DNA of 64,000 nucleotides from Gemmatimonadota bacterium. GTDB lineage: Bacteria > Gemmatimonadota > Gemmatimonadetes > Palauibacterales > Palauibacteraceae. The stretch is taken from the NCBI GenBank assembly GCA_963666735.1, contig OY762926.1:2784001-2848000 (forward strand), in the 5' to 3' direction. The position numbers and the translations under genes are program-made. The notes beneath the pieces were generated by a model. The model made no database searches, was not told the origin of the DNA, and worked only from the letters and a program-made list of their open reading frames with translations. Shown here one piece after another: positions 1 through 10,263 of this stretch. Position 1 is the stretch's first letter. Each line of letters begins with the position of its first letter.

Positions 1-516
1 CGTCACCCCCTGGCTCCCCTGGCTCGTTCCCTGGCTCGCCTGGCCGTCTTCGTTTTCCTTATCGCGCCGGCGCTCCCGACCGTGCACCTCGCCGGGCAGG
101 ATGACGCCCGGTCCGAAGTCTCCGCGATCCTCGACGCGCTCCACGAGGCGGCCTCGGAGGCCGACTTCGACCGCTACTTCAGCCTCTACGCCGGCGAGTC
201 CGTCTTCCTCGGCACCGACGCAACGGAGCGCTGGACGCGCGAAGAGTTCATGGACTACACGAGGGCCCGTTTCGACACGGGCACGGGCTGGACCTACCAC
301 ACGCTGGAGCGCCACATCGCCATCGCCCCCGGCGGGCGCACCGCCTGGTTCGACGAGCGTCTCGAGAACGCCAACCTCGGCGAAACGCGCGGCAGCGGCG
401 TGCTCGTAATGGAAGACGGGGGTTGGAAGGTCGCGCAGTACAACCTCACGATCCCGATTCCCAACGAGCTGGCGCGCGAGGTTGCCGCGCGGATCCGGGC
501 GCTGACAGGCGGATGA
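1..516 (+). CDS. Nuclear transport factor 2 / SnoaL-like family protein, exported; true start lies upstream of the window
   Basis: Motifs FLGTDATERW, AWFDE.L, RGSGVL, WKVAQYNL. Frame 1 is open from base 1 and encodes a hydrophobic signal-like stretch (LAVFVFLIAPALP). Confidence 0.8.
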   Translation, partial: RHPLAPLARSLARLAVFVFLIAPALPTVHLAGQDDARSEVSAILDALHEAASEADFDRYFSLYAGESVFLGTDATERWTREEFMDYTRARFDTGTGWTYHTLERHIAIAPGGRTAWFDERLENANLGETRGSGVLVMEDGGWKVAQYNLTIPIPNELAREVAARIRALTGG

Positions 517-582
517 GGCCTGCTCGAGCGGGACGGCGCCCCGTCGTACGGGGCAGCCCGCCGCGGCGAGCGGCTCCGGCTT

Positions 583-3500
583 CTACCGGCTACCGACCAG
601 CGCGCCGCTGGCATCGATCACGACCTCCAGCGGCGTCGGGGCTCCGAGAGGGGTCACCGTTTCCGAGCCGTTCGGCCAGCGCACCCACACGGCCGTCGGA
701 CTCGAGGCCGGATCCGCGGCGAGCCCCATGACCTGCACCGGGTCGTCCTGCGACCAGTAACCTCCGCCCGCGCGGATCTCGCGCAGCGGCCCGCGCCTCT
801 CGCCGTACTCGAGCCGGATCGCGCTGCCGATGGCGGCCGGATTCTCCTCGCTCCCTCTCAGCCGGACACGCAGCCCGGGCTTCGCGCCCCGGTTGCGGTA
901 CAGCTTCGTCCCGGCCCCGTTCTGGCTGACGAGCACGTCCACGCGCCCATCTCCATCGTAGTCCGCGAAGGCGGCCCCGCGCTGCTCGCCGTACACCGCG
1001 ATGCCAGACCGCTGCCCCGGGACCGGCGTCAGCGCCCCCGTCCCGTCGCCTCGCAGCCACAGGCCGCGGCCCCCGTCGTTCCGGGCCGCTTCGCCGCGTA
1101 GCGCAAACAGGTTCTGGCTCAGGAAGACATCCTCGTGCCCGTCCCCGTCCACGTCGGCCACACCCGCGTGAAACGCCGGCGCCAACTGCGCTTCGCGCGG
1201 CAGCTCGAACGCCTCGAACGACCCCCCGCGGTTGATGTACACGGTGTGCGCCAGTGTCGTCGCCTCGACCGTCGGCAGGAGGTGCGCGGGCTGCTCGAGG
1301 ATCTCGTTCACGCCCAACTGCCCGTAGTGCTCGAACCCCTGGATGCGGCCGCGAAGGAAGGGGAGGCCCCCGGCGAGCGTGAGGAGTCCCCGCACCGGCA
1401 CCATCGAACGCGTGAACTCGTCGTAACGCGCCTCGATCACATCGCGGAAACCATCGTTGTCCAGATCGGCGTGATAGGCGGTCGCCGGATGCTCCGGGCT
1501 CGCGGTGAACTGCGAGTTGAGTCCCCGGTTGGAGGCGATGAGGTCGGGCAGCCCGTCTTCGTTCAGGTCTCCCGTCGTCACCCCGTTCCACCACCCGGTC
1601 CGGGACTCGAGTCCGAAGGCGGCCGTCGCGTCCTCGAAGCGGCCGTCGCGATTGACGAGGAGCCGGACGGGTCCCCACTCGATGGCGAGCAGGAGATCCG
1701 GGTCTCCGTCCGCGTCCACGTCGCTGAACACGGCGCCGGACACGAGACCCACGTCGGTCAGGGCCGCCGCGTTCGATTCGTCGAGGACGTAGCGGCCGCC
1801 CTCGTTGAGAAAGAGGCGGGAGGTCGCCGCGGCCGGATACTGGCCGGGGATCACGCGGCCGCCCGCGAAGAGATCGACATCGCCGTCCCCGTCGTAGTCT
1901 GCCGCCGCGAGAGGGCCGGTGCTCGCCTCGGCCCCCGGAAGACTCTGCGCCTGCGTGAGCGTCGTACTCGAGGCCCGCAGCACCGTGGCCGAGGGGGCCG
2001 CCCGGTCTGCGCCGTCGTACGTCGCGGTTCCGACGACGACCGAGGCGCCGGCCCGGCCGGGGAGGATGACGAGGCCCGTCTGGTCGCCCGGGGATGGCGC
2101 CGGCCCAACCGCCCCGCTGTCGCGCGCTCCCCGGTCCGGCGAGAACCCGCCCTCGCCGTCGCCGCGGAAGACCGAGAGGCCGGCGCCGCCTCCACCGCCG
2201 ATCAGGGCGTCCGCGTCTCCGTCACCGTCGATGTCGCCCCACGCGACGCCCGGGCCGCCCTGTCCCAGGCGCCACGTGATGAGCGGCTGCTGCGCGAAGT
2301 CGTCGAACGCGTTCTCCCGGTGACGGTGCTCGAGCAACCCGGACACATCGTCGAACAGGGGTGTCTCCGACTCCGCCGCCTTGGAAGCCGCCGCCGGAGC
2401 CGCCGCGGAAGCCGCCGCCGTGCCGCCGGCCGCCGGTTCCCGGATCTCGTAGATCCGGTTCGCCCGGACGCCCTCCACCCGGCTCATCGTCCCGTCCCGC
2501 CACACGACCTCGAGCGTCAGTTCCCCGTCGCCCGCCGCGAAGCTGGCCATCGCCTCCGAACCGGAGAGATACAGGCCCCCCGCGACGATCTCCTTCGTCT
2601 GCGCCGGCAACTCGCCCCCCGACAGACGGACCCGCGCGCCGACCCCTGCCGTGTTGGGTCCCCGGCCGAGGAGCCGCACGGCCACTCGCGGCGCTCGTCC
2701 CACGTTCCGGTACACCCCCGCCGGCGCCAGCAGCCGGTTCGTGACGATGTCCAGGTCCCCGTCCCCGTCGAGATCCGCCGCGGCCATCCCGTGCGAGATG
2801 TCTTCGTCCCCCGCGAACCCCCACGCCTCTCCCACCTCCTCGAAGGTCAGGTCTCCGCGGTTGCGGAAGGCGATGTTGGAGAGGCGCAGCGAAGGGAAGC
2901 CGAGGATCCGCTGCCGCCAGTCCATCGATCCGACGCGTTGCGCCGCGTCCTTGTCCATCGCGTCGTAGAAGTGGCCCGTCCCCACGAGCAGATCCTCGTA
3001 GCCATCGAGATCCACGTCCACGAACGTGCTCCCCCACGACCAGCCCGACGCGTCGAGGCCCGCGAACTGCGCCGCTTCCGCGAAGGTTCCATCCCCCCGG
3101 CTCAGGTAGAGCGTGTTGCGCGGCGTCTGCGGCCGGTTATCGAACCGCCCCGCGAACTGCGGATCGGCCTCCCCGCCGACCATCTGCTTCATGCGCAGCC
3201 GCTGCTCCCGGCTCAGCATCTCCACCACGAAGAAGTCCGTGAACCCGTCCCGGTCCACATCCGAGAAATCCACCCCCATGGACGCGAAGCTCGTGCTCCG
3301 CATGGCGAGCGGCGCGAGCATCCGGAAGCCCCCGTCCCCATCGTTGATCCAGACGTGATCGGGGCTGTGAAAGTCGTTGCAGACGTACAGGTCCGGATCT
3401 CCGTCCCCGTCCATGTCCTGGAAACGGGCCGCGAGTCCCCACTCCATCGGCTCGGACTCCAGCGGCCGGCCCTCCCCGTCGAGGAACGCGCCCTCCGTCC

Positions 3501-4338
3501 ACGGCACCGGCGTGAACCGTCCCGTCCCGTCGTTCAGGTAGAGCCGGTCGGGCTCCGCCAGTTCGAGCCGGGGGACCATCCCCTCCCGGACCTCTCCGAG
3601 CGTAAAGTGCTCCCGCCACTCGGGGAGAAGCTCGAACCCGTCCTCCGTCCGCCGGTAGATCTTGCTCGGCTGGAGGACCTCGGGCGGGAAGAGATCCTGC
3701 ACCGTCGCGACCTTGTTGTTCACCACGTACAGGTCGAGGTCCCCGTCCCCGTCGATGTCGGCGAGCGTCATCGACATGCTCCCGAGCGTCGAGGTGAGCC
3801 GCGCCGCCTCCGTCCCGTCCGTGAACCGTCCCGTCCCGTCGTTCAGGTAGAGCGCGTTCGGCCCTCCGAGCGCGTTGACGAGCAGGTCGAGATCTCCGTC
3901 CCCGTCCACATCCGCGAACACGGCGCCCGTCGAGAAGCGGTCCGCCGCGGCGACCCCCGCCTCCTCGGCGATGTCCTCGAAGCGCCAGCCGCCCAGATTC
4001 CGGTAGAGCCGGTTCGGCCCGTCCATCCCGGCGAAGTAGAGATCGACGCGGCCGTCGCCGTCCACGTCCCCCGCCGCGACGCCGGACCCGTTCAGGTAGT
4101 GGCTGTTGTCGATGTACTGCTCCTCGGTGACCACGTTCTCGAACGAGATCCCGGTCTCCGAAGGGGCGAGTCGCTCGAACCCCGGCTCGTCCTCGCCCGG
4201 CACCCGAAGCTCGGCCCAGCGGTATCCGCCCTCCTCGACCCAGTCCGGCGCGCCCGGTCCGCACCCGCCGCAGAGCGCGGCGGCCGCCAGCAGCGTGACG
4301 CGGACGAGGGAACGGGCGTCGTGATGAATGTCGGGCAT
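583..4338 (-). CDS. FG-GAP/VCBS repeat + ASPIC/UnbV (CRTAC1-like) lipoprotein with two tandem modules
   Basis: Many DxDGDGDxD repeats, two ASPIC/UnbV-like segments (GVGARVRL...GGLYLS; AIGSAIRL...GGGYWSQ), lipobox-like LCGGC. Start placed at MPDIHH. Confidence 0.85.
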   Translation of the reverse strand: MPDIHHDARSLVRVTLLAAAALCGGCGPGAPDWVEEGGYRWAELRVPGEDEPGFERLAPSETGISFENVVTEEQYIDNSHYLNGSGVAAGDVDGDGRVDLYFAGMDGPNRLYRNLGGWRFEDIAEEAGVAAADRFSTGAVFADVDGDGDLDLLVNALGGPNALYLNDGTGRFTDGTEAARLTSTLGSMSMTLADIDGDGDLDLYVVNNKVATVQDLFPPEVLQPSKIYRRTEDGFELLPEWREHFTLGEVREGMVPRLELAEPDRLYLNDGTGRFTPVPWTEGAFLDGEGRPLESEPMEWGLAARFQDMDGDGDPDLYVCNDFHSPDHVWINDGDGGFRMLAPLAMRSTSFASMGVDFSDVDRDGFTDFFVVEMLSREQRLRMKQMVGGEADPQFAGRFDNRPQTPRNTLYLSRGDGTFAEAAQFAGLDASGWSWGSTFVDVDLDGYEDLLVGTGHFYDAMDKDAAQRVGSMDWRQRILGFPSLRLSNIAFRNRGDLTFEEVGEAWGFAGDEDISHGMAAADLDGDGDLDIVTNRLLAPAGVYRNVGRAPRVAVRLLGRGPNTAGVGARVRLSGGELPAQTKEIVAGGLYLSGSEAMASFAAGDGELTLEVVWRDGTMSRVEGVRANRIYEIREPAAGGTAAASAAAPAAASKAAESETPLFDDVSGLLEHRHRENAFDDFAQQPLITWRLGQGGPGVAWGDIDGDGDADALIGGGGGAGLSVFRGDGEGGFSPDRGARDSGAVGPAPSPGDQTGLVILPGRAGASVVVGTATYDGADRAAPSATVLRASSTTLTQAQSLPGAEASTGPLAAADYDGDGDVDLFAGGRVIPGQYPAAATSRLFLNEGGRYVLDESNAAALTDVGLVSGAVFSDVDADGDPDLLLAIEWGPVRLLVNRDGRFEDATAAFGLESRTGWWNGVTTGDLNEDGLPDLIASNRGLNSQFTASPEHPATAYHADLDNDGFRDVIEARYDEFTRSMVPVRGLLTLAGGLPFLRGRIQGFEHYGQLGVNEILEQPAHLLPTVEATTLAHTVYINRGGSFEAFELPREAQLAPAFHAGVADVDGDGHEDVFLSQNLFALRGEAARNDGGRGLWLRGDGTGALTPVPGQRSGIAVYGEQRGAAFADYDGDGRVDVLVSQNGAGTKLYRNRGAKPGLRVRLRGSEENPAAIGSAIRLEYGERRGPLREIRAGGGYWSQDDPVQVMGLAADPASSPTAVWVRWPNGSETVTPLGAPTPLEVVIDASGALVGSR

Positions 4339-4471
4339 GCGCCTCGCGAGGGTTCGGGATCGACTCGCTCCGTCCTGCACCAGACACAACGCGCGAGCGG
4401 GCTGTATCATATCACCTGCCAACGTCACGGGAATGCGCGGCGCCCGCCGCCAACCGGAGGAGGATCGTCAC

Positions 4472-5062
4472 ATGAGACAGAGGTTCATCGCCGCGCTCGT
4501 CGTCGCCGGAGTGCTGGCCCCCGCAGGTCTGTTCGCCCAGGATGGCGGCGTCTCGGATGCCGGCGGGATCCACGAAGCGCCGCCGGTCCCCGCGGCGACG
4601 GATCCGACCGCCATCCGGGACGAGATTCTCGACCATTTCCAGCGCTCCAGCCGCAAGATTTCCGAACTCGCGCGCGTGATGCCCGCGGAAAAGTTCTCCT
4701 GGGCGCCCGGCGAGGGCGTGATGCAGGTGGGCGAGGTCTACATGCACATCGCCCGCTACAACTTCATGTACCTCGACCAGAACCTGGGGATCGCGCCCCC
4801 GAACGGGTTCGACTACGCGGACATCGAGTCGATCCGCGACAAGGAGAGAGTGCGCGAGATCCATGAGATGTCCGTCCGCCACGTCATGGAGCAGGTGGGC
4901 GCGCTCACCGGGGCGAAACTCGACGGGCAGACCGAACTCTACGGCCGCACCGTGCAGGGCTGGGCCGTGCTCCTGCAGCTCGTCTCGCACATGAACGAAC
5001 ACGTGGGGCAGTCGGTCTCGTACGCCCGCATGAACGGCATCGTCCCCCCGTGGTCCCGCTGA
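4472..5062 (+). CDS. Exported DinB family protein
   Basis: SD GGAGGA, signal peptide, W.PGEGV....EVYMH and H.NEH.GQ...YARMNGIVPPWS motifs. Confidence 0.85.
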   Translation: MRQRFIAALVVAGVLAPAGLFAQDGGVSDAGGIHEAPPVPAATDPTAIRDEILDHFQRSSRKISELARVMPAEKFSWAPGEGVMQVGEVYMHIARYNFMYLDQNLGIAPPNGFDYADIESIRDKERVREIHEMSVRHVMEQVGALTGAKLDGQTELYGRTVQGWAVLLQLVSHMNEHVGQSVSYARMNGIVPPWSR

Positions 5063-5109
5063 CGATACGGCGGGGTCTCGACGGGGGCGCATGGAGTAGT
5101 CCATAGGCC

Positions 5110-5604
5110 ATGATCAACGCGATTCGCCGCGGTTCGAGGGCGGCGGTCCCGGTCGCCCTGCTCGCGGCGCTCGCTGGCTGTCGGTACACGACGGATCCGG
5201 CCGACATGCCCGTCACGGGGAACTGGCTCGGCCACATCCCGCGCCTCGATGGCGGGCTCGCCTGGGAGTTCCGGCTGCATGAAGACGGGTTGGGCAACGT
5301 CTCCGGCACCGTCAGCCGAACGGATTTCGTCCGGATCCCCGCGCCGAGCGAAACCGTATCCCCCGGAACCGTGGAAGGCGTCCACGCCTCGTCCGAAGTC
5401 AGGCTGATTCTCGACTACGGATCGCATTCCGAGGCCTATGAGGGGCGCTTCAGGTCCGACGACCGTATCGAGGGCTTCATCGTTCGCGGCACGGTCGTGC
5501 GGAATATCGGCACCCTGGAACTCAGACGGATCGCCCGGGGCTCCGACGATACGGCCGACGGTGCCACAATCCCCGCCAACGGGGGTACCACGTCAGGCAA
5601 CTGA
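5110..5604 (+). CDS. Hypothetical lipoprotein
   Basis: Lipobox LAGC after a hydrophobic stretch; beta-rich mature region. Confidence 0.6.
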   Translation: MINAIRRGSRAAVPVALLAALAGCRYTTDPADMPVTGNWLGHIPRLDGGLAWEFRLHEDGLGNVSGTVSRTDFVRIPAPSETVSPGTVEGVHASSEVRLILDYGSHSEAYEGRFRSDDRIEGFIVRGTVVRNIGTLELRRIARGSDDTADGATIPANGGTTSGN

Positions 5605-5643
5605 ACACGTGACCGCGCGACCCACACCGCACGGGTTTCTCGC

Positions 5644-6450
5644 ATGGACCGTCAGCACCCTTCCAATCGGACGATTCTCGTCACCGGGGCGAGTGGCTAT
5701 GTCGGGGGCCGCCTCGTCCCGTCGCTCGAGGAGCGCGGCGAACGGATCCGCTGTCTCGCCCGTAACCCCGGGTCCCGCAACGAGACGGTGGTTCGCGACG
5801 ACGCGGTTCTGGAGCGCTTCCCGGTTCGTCCCCTTGGGGTGGGCGAGGCGATCGCCCGCGCGCTGCGAGACGAAGACCGGGAGATGGCCCGGACCCGTTG
5901 GAGCGACGCCGTGTCTTCCAGTGGCCGGGGACCGCTCTGGGGCGGAAAACGCTTCGGTTCGCGGATCGTCGACCGGCAACAGGCCGAGGTCCCGGCCGAG
6001 ACGGCGCGTGCTTTCGCCCCGATCCAGCGCATCGGCGGCTCCCGGGGGTGGTACTTCGCGAACTGGTTGTGGGGGCTGCGGGGTGCCGCGGACCTGCTCG
6101 TAGGCGGCGTCGGCATGCGCCGCGGCCGACGGCATCCGGTCGACATTCGGCCGGGAGACCCGCTCGATTTCTGGCGCGTCGAGGCCTTCGAGCCCGACCG
6201 CCTCCTGCGTCTGCAGGCCGAGATGAAGGTGCCCGGCCGTGCCTGGCTGCAGTTCGAGGTGGAACCCGCGAAGAAGGGGAGCCGCGTCACCCAGACAGCG
6301 GCCTTCGACCCCCTCGGTCTGGGCGGATTGCTCTACTGGTACGGCCTGTACCCCATCCACTGGCTGATCTTCCGCGGCATGCTTCGGGGAATCCTGCGCC
6401 GTACCGCGCCCGGCGCGGACCGGAGAAACTTGCAATCAGCCGAGAGGTAA
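5644..6450 (+). pseudogene. YbjT-like NAD(P)-binding/DUF2867 protein with a large in-frame internal deletion
   Basis: Rossmann start ILVTGASGYVGGRL...LARNP runs directly into C-terminal RNETVVRDD and the DUF2867-like region (IGG..GWY, DFWRVE, AEMKVPGRAWL). Most of the Rossmann domain is missing. Confidence 0.7.
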
Positions 6451-6528
6451 ACTGGCAATCAGCCGCTCCTCTACCGGGACCGCCGCGACTTCGCGATCCG
6501 AAAAGGCGACACGGGCAAACGCGGGTAA

Positions 6529-6915
6529 CTACCAGAGACGGTCCAAGCCGTAGCGGTCGAACACTCGATCGGCTGACACGACGACAAGACGGCGTGCGAG
6601 GGCTTGCGCTGCCAGCATGCGGTCGAACGGGTCACGATGCGGTCCCGGAAGGCGCCCCGCGCGTTCCGCGTCGCTGACGCTGATCGGAAGCTCGTCGAAC
6701 CCCTGGCCGGCTATGTGGTGGCCCACGTCCAGGGCCACTGCCTCACCACCCGGTAGTTTGCCGATCCGGTGCTTCGTCGCGATTTCCCAGGCTGATGCCG
6801 CGCTGACCGCGATGTCGTTGGTCTCGTCCGCGATGAGACGCCAGGCCTTCCGGGACAGGCGCCCGCTGTCCGCGATCCACCAGAGAAGCGCATGCGTGTC
6901 CAGCAGCACGCGCAA
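6529..6915 (-). CDS. vapC: Type II TA toxin, PIN domain (VapC family)
   Basis: LLDTHALLWW, SAASAWEI, HRDPFDRMLAAQA, SAD motifs. Confidence 0.9.
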   Translation of the reverse strand: MRVLLDTHALLWWIADSGRLSRKAWRLIADETNDIAVSAASAWEIATKHRIGKLPGGEAVALDVGHHIAGQGFDELPISVSDAERAGRLPGPHRDPFDRMLAAQALARRLVVVSADRVFDRYGLDRLW

Positions 6916-6918
6916 CGG

Positions 6919-7155
6919 CTACCTGCCTTCCCATGCGGCCAGTTCCTCCTCCGGCAGCGGATCGAAGAAGCTGTCAGGAATCACGAACCGGTCCTTGAGA
7001 ACATCCGGCCGGCGCTTACCGACCGGCTTGCAGGCTACCAGCCGTGCGACCGGCTCGCCTCGTCTCGCGATCACGACGTCCTCCCCATTCTCGACTCGCG
7101 CCAGCAGACGCGAGAGCTGTGTCTTCGCTTCATGAACGTTCACGACGTGTGACAT
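6919..7155 (-). CDS. Type II TA antitoxin, Phd/YefM family
   Basis: VNVHEAKTQLSRLL..VENGEDVVIARRGEPVARL; directly upstream of the PIN toxin. Confidence 0.9.
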   Translation of the reverse strand: MSHVVNVHEAKTQLSRLLARVENGEDVVIARRGEPVARLVACKPVGKRRPDVLKDRFVIPDSFFDPLPEEELAAWEGR

Positions 7156-7364
7156 CTCCCCTCCGGAACCTGGTATCTAGCTAAGAATCTAGCCAGGCCG
7201 CGAGCGGGATCAAAGACGCCCGGCGCTCCGGAAGAACCGGGCGAAGCGTCGGCGCCACGCCGGGCGCTGGTTCCCTACACCGGGCGAACATGGCAGGTTA
7301 CCGCGCCCGCTGGAGCGGTCGCCGCACGGAAGGCGGCGGTCGCGCACTCACAACGGAGTCTCCC

Positions 7365-7871
7365 ATGATTGCTCAACAGACCCTCATGCAGTTCGACCAC
7401 ATCGTGACCGGCTGCCGCGCCACGCTGGAAGCCGTGCCGGATGACCGCCTCGACTGGCGTCCGCACGAGAAGTCGTGGACCCTTGGCGAGTTGGCGACCC
7501 ACGTCGCGATGATCCCGAACTGGACTGTGGCATCGCTGACCATGTCCGAGTTCGACGTCGCTCCGGAGGGCGGTGGCCCGCCGCAGAATCCCGTACTCAC
7601 GTCTTCGGCCGAACTCGTTGCGGCGCTCGACCAGAGTGCGGCCGCGGCCCGGGAGACGATCGAGGCCACTTCGGACGAGACCTTCGCCGGCACGTGGACG
7701 CTGAAAGTGGCGGGCGAGGATCGCTTCACGATGCCCAAGGCGGTCGTGGTCCGGAGCTTCGTCCTCGACCACCTGATCCACCACCGGGCGCAACTGGGCG
7801 TCTACCTGCGGCTGCTCGACGTGCCGGTGCCCCAGATGTTCGGGCCCACGGCGGACTATCCGGATATGTGA
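7365..7871 (+). CDS. DinB family protein
   Basis: WRPHEKSWTLGELATH and HLIHHRAQLGVYLRLLDVPVP; SD GGAG before MIAQQ. Confidence 0.85.
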   Translation: MIAQQTLMQFDHIVTGCRATLEAVPDDRLDWRPHEKSWTLGELATHVAMIPNWTVASLTMSEFDVAPEGGGPPQNPVLTSSAELVAALDQSAAAARETIEATSDETFAGTWTLKVAGEDRFTMPKAVVVRSFVLDHLIHHRAQLGVYLRLLDVPVPQMFGPTADYPDM

Positions 7872-7892
7872 CGGGAAGGAGCGGCGGCGCGC

Positions 7893-8114
7893 TCAGTCCA
7901 GCAGCTTCAGCCAACTCCGCAGTTCGCCCGCCTTATCGGCCTGGCGGCTGATCGATTCGCGGTTCACGTCGTTCAACTCGGTGGGACCGCGAGTGGGCAT
8001 GGCCCCCATCTCTTCGTGGCGTTGGCCAGCGCCCGATACGCCGCGCGTCGTAAGCCTCTTCCCTGGACATCGCCTTCCGGTAGGCGTCGAGGGCTCTCTT
8101 CGCCGGATCCTTCA
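7893..8114 (-). pseudogene. Possible short frameshifted gene remnant
   Basis: SD-like AAGGGG before MKDPAKRAL; a second frame gives a protein-like tail (...DKAGELRSWLKLLD*). No family recognised. Confidence 0.2.
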
Positions 8115-8209
8115 TCTCGCGTCCCCTTTGACGGTGCCGCCTGCGACCGGACCACCGCGGGGAAGATAGCGCGCGAACTCGGCTGGCGGACACCTCCAAT
8201 CGGAGTTCT

Positions 8210-9349
8210 CTACCGGAACCGGCTTCGGTCGATGCCGGGGATGATGCGGAGCGCGTTCTCGAAGTACACCTTGCGCAGGATCTCGTCCGGGAGGTCGAGG
8301 CCGTACATGCGCCAGAAGGCGTGGTACTTCCGGTAGTAGGGGAAGTACTCGTCCGCGGTCTCCAGCACGCGGAAGTAGGTGGGGTACTCGTCCGGCGCCC
8401 AGGAGTCCTTCCCCATCAGAATCCGGTCCTGGTACTCGATGAAGAACTCGCGGGCGAAGCGCGGCTGTCGGCCCGGCTCGTAGATCACCGCGCCGAGCCC
8501 GACGTTCATGTTGGGGATCTCGTCCAGCAGGCGCCCGAGACGGCCGAGATCGTGGCCGAGCCACGCGAGGTGCGCGGCGATGAAGGTCGTCTCCGGGTGT
8601 CGGCGGAACATGTTCAACTGCTCGCCCAGCACCTGTTCGAAGGAGGGCGGGCCGCTCTGCCGGCGGCGGGGCCGCAGGCGAAGCTCGAGCCAGCGCTCGT
8701 TGTGCTCGTCCATCGGCTCCCAGAACTCCGCCGGGTCCGCCGAGTGGATGAGAACCGGAATCCCGAGTTCGCCCGCCTTGGCCCAGATCGGATCGAGGCG
8801 GGGGTCGTCGGCGGAGACGCGCTGTCCGGCCGCGTCGGTGATCCACAACCCGAGGCTCTTGAAGATCTTGAGGCCCCGGGCGCCGGCCTCCACGTCGGCC
8901 TCCAGGCGAGCCGCGGCGAGCGCCCCGAACTCCGGATCCGCGATGTCGCCGAAGTCGACGTTCGCGAACACGACGAAACGCCCCGGATACGCCGCTTCGA
9001 AGGCGTCGATCTGCCGCGCGAGCTGCGTGCCGGTCCCCCCGCTCAGGTTCACGCCGACGGCAAGGTTGAGCGCGTCCATGTCGCGCACGAGTTGGTCCAT
9101 CTGCGTCGGGGGCATCATCCCGTTGAGGTGCAGGTGAACGTCGACGAAGGGGAAGGCGGCGCGCGAGACCGGGTTCTCGGGCACGACGAGGGTCGAGCGG
9201 GGGTCGTACGCCTCGACCGTCATCGGCGGGGATGTGTCGGGGGGCACGGGCGGCGGGCCGCGCCGCGCCTGGGCCTCGGCCGGGGTCGCGACCGGCCACA
9301 CGCCGCCCAGCATGACCGCGATCAGCGCTATCGTTCGTCCATCCCTCAT
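8210..9349 (-). CDS. Exported amidohydrolase (Amidohydro_2 family)
   Basis: Signal peptide, DVHLH, GLK, LIHSAD, IAAH, GKD, LRKVYFENA. Confidence 0.85.
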   Translation of the reverse strand: MRDGRTIALIAVMLGGVWPVATPAEAQARRGPPPVPPDTSPPMTVEAYDPRSTLVVPENPVSRAAFPFVDVHLHLNGMMPPTQMDQLVRDMDALNLAVGVNLSGGTGTQLARQIDAFEAAYPGRFVVFANVDFGDIADPEFGALAAARLEADVEAGARGLKIFKSLGLWITDAAGQRVSADDPRLDPIWAKAGELGIPVLIHSADPAEFWEPMDEHNERWLELRLRPRRRQSGPPSFEQVLGEQLNMFRRHPETTFIAAHLAWLGHDLGRLGRLLDEIPNMNVGLGAVIYEPGRQPRFAREFFIEYQDRILMGKDSWAPDEYPTYFRVLETADEYFPYYRKYHAFWRMYGLDLPDEILRKVYFENALRIIPGIDRSRFR

Positions 9350-9394
9350 CCCTGCATCTCCCTCTCCAGATCCGAGCCGGAATCCGGCGCGGCG

Positions 9395-10153
9395 CTACCT
9401 CGCGAAATGCGCGGCGATACGGTCGGCCAGCGCGGCGATCATCTTCTCGCCGAGTTGCGCCGTCGCGCCGCGGGCATCGCCCAGGATGCCGTTCGGCGTC
9501 ACGCTCGCGAATCCGTCGCCCAGCACGCGCCGGATGAGTTCCGGTTCCTCTTCCGGCGTCGTCAGGCGCCCGCACTCGGCCAGTTCCTCGCGGACGATGC
9601 CCTCGTGCATGGCCATCATGATCGAGGTCTCGGCGATATCGGCGTGGCCACCCACGCGGGCTCCGCGACCTGCCTCCGCCTCCGCGACCCCGCGCCAGAC
9701 CCCGATGACCCCGGGGAGGTCCGCGTACACGTCCACGGAACAGCCGGGCCCCGCCGCCTCGTTGAACGCGTCACGCGCCTCGGCGAGCGGAGCGAAGTTC
9801 CCGCCGTGCGAGGGGACGAAGCAAACGCGCCGGAAGCCGTGGTGCGCGAGGCTCGAACAGTAGTCGCGGCAGACGGCGAGGAAGGTGTCTCTCCCGAGCG
9901 TGACGGTGCCGGGGAACGCCATGTGGTGCGCCGACCAGCCGACGCGGATCGTGGGAGCGACGAGCGCGCCACCGAGCCGTCGGGCGACCTCGACCGCCAG
10001 CCGGTCGCCGTGCTCGGCATCCATGAACAGCGGCAAATGCGGCCCGTGCTGCTCCACCGCCCCCGCCGCGACGACGACGGTGGTGACCCCGGCCGCGATC
10101 GCCGCCCCGATCTCGGGCGAGGTCATCCGTTCCATCCGTATTTCGGCAGACAT
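9395..10153 (-). CDS. Creatininase family protein (MftE-like)
   Basis: GAVEQHGPHLP..MD, HHMAFPGT, SHGGN, GGHADIAETS, PNGILGD. Confidence 0.9.
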   Translation of the reverse strand: MSAEIRMERMTSPEIGAAIAAGVTTVVVAAGAVEQHGPHLPLFMDAEHGDRLAVEVARRLGGALVAPTIRVGWSAHHMAFPGTVTLGRDTFLAVCRDYCSSLAHHGFRRVCFVPSHGGNFAPLAEARDAFNEAAGPGCSVDVYADLPGVIGVWRGVAEAEAGRGARVGGHADIAETSIMMAMHEGIVREELAECGRLTTPEEEPELIRRVLGDGFASVTPNGILGDARGATAQLGEKMIAALADRIAAHFAR

Positions 10154-10263
10154 GGGTGACGCTCCGGCTCGCTGGAGGGGAGAGAATCTCCGTTCGCGTG
10201 CAATATCGCGCCGAAGATCCGGCGATGCGGAGGTCTACGCCACCCTGGGACGCGTGGGATCCG

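Noticed and set aside
1135..4866. 1243-aa plus-strand ORF, and similar giant antisense ORFs (12528-15938, 15695-18433, 35982-39026, 41563-44784, 57894-59933, 61903-63975)
   Set aside because: Shadow or alternative-frame ORFs expected at high GC; they overlap genes with clear family motifs and show none themselves.
7176..7194. ATCTAGC direct repeat upstream of the phd-vapC operon
   Set aside because: Plausibly an ordinary TA autoregulatory site; too short to support a call.
9395..10153. Mycofactocin-like RiPP cluster around the MftE-like gene
   Set aside because: No precursor peptide, radical SAM enzyme or RRE gene nearby.
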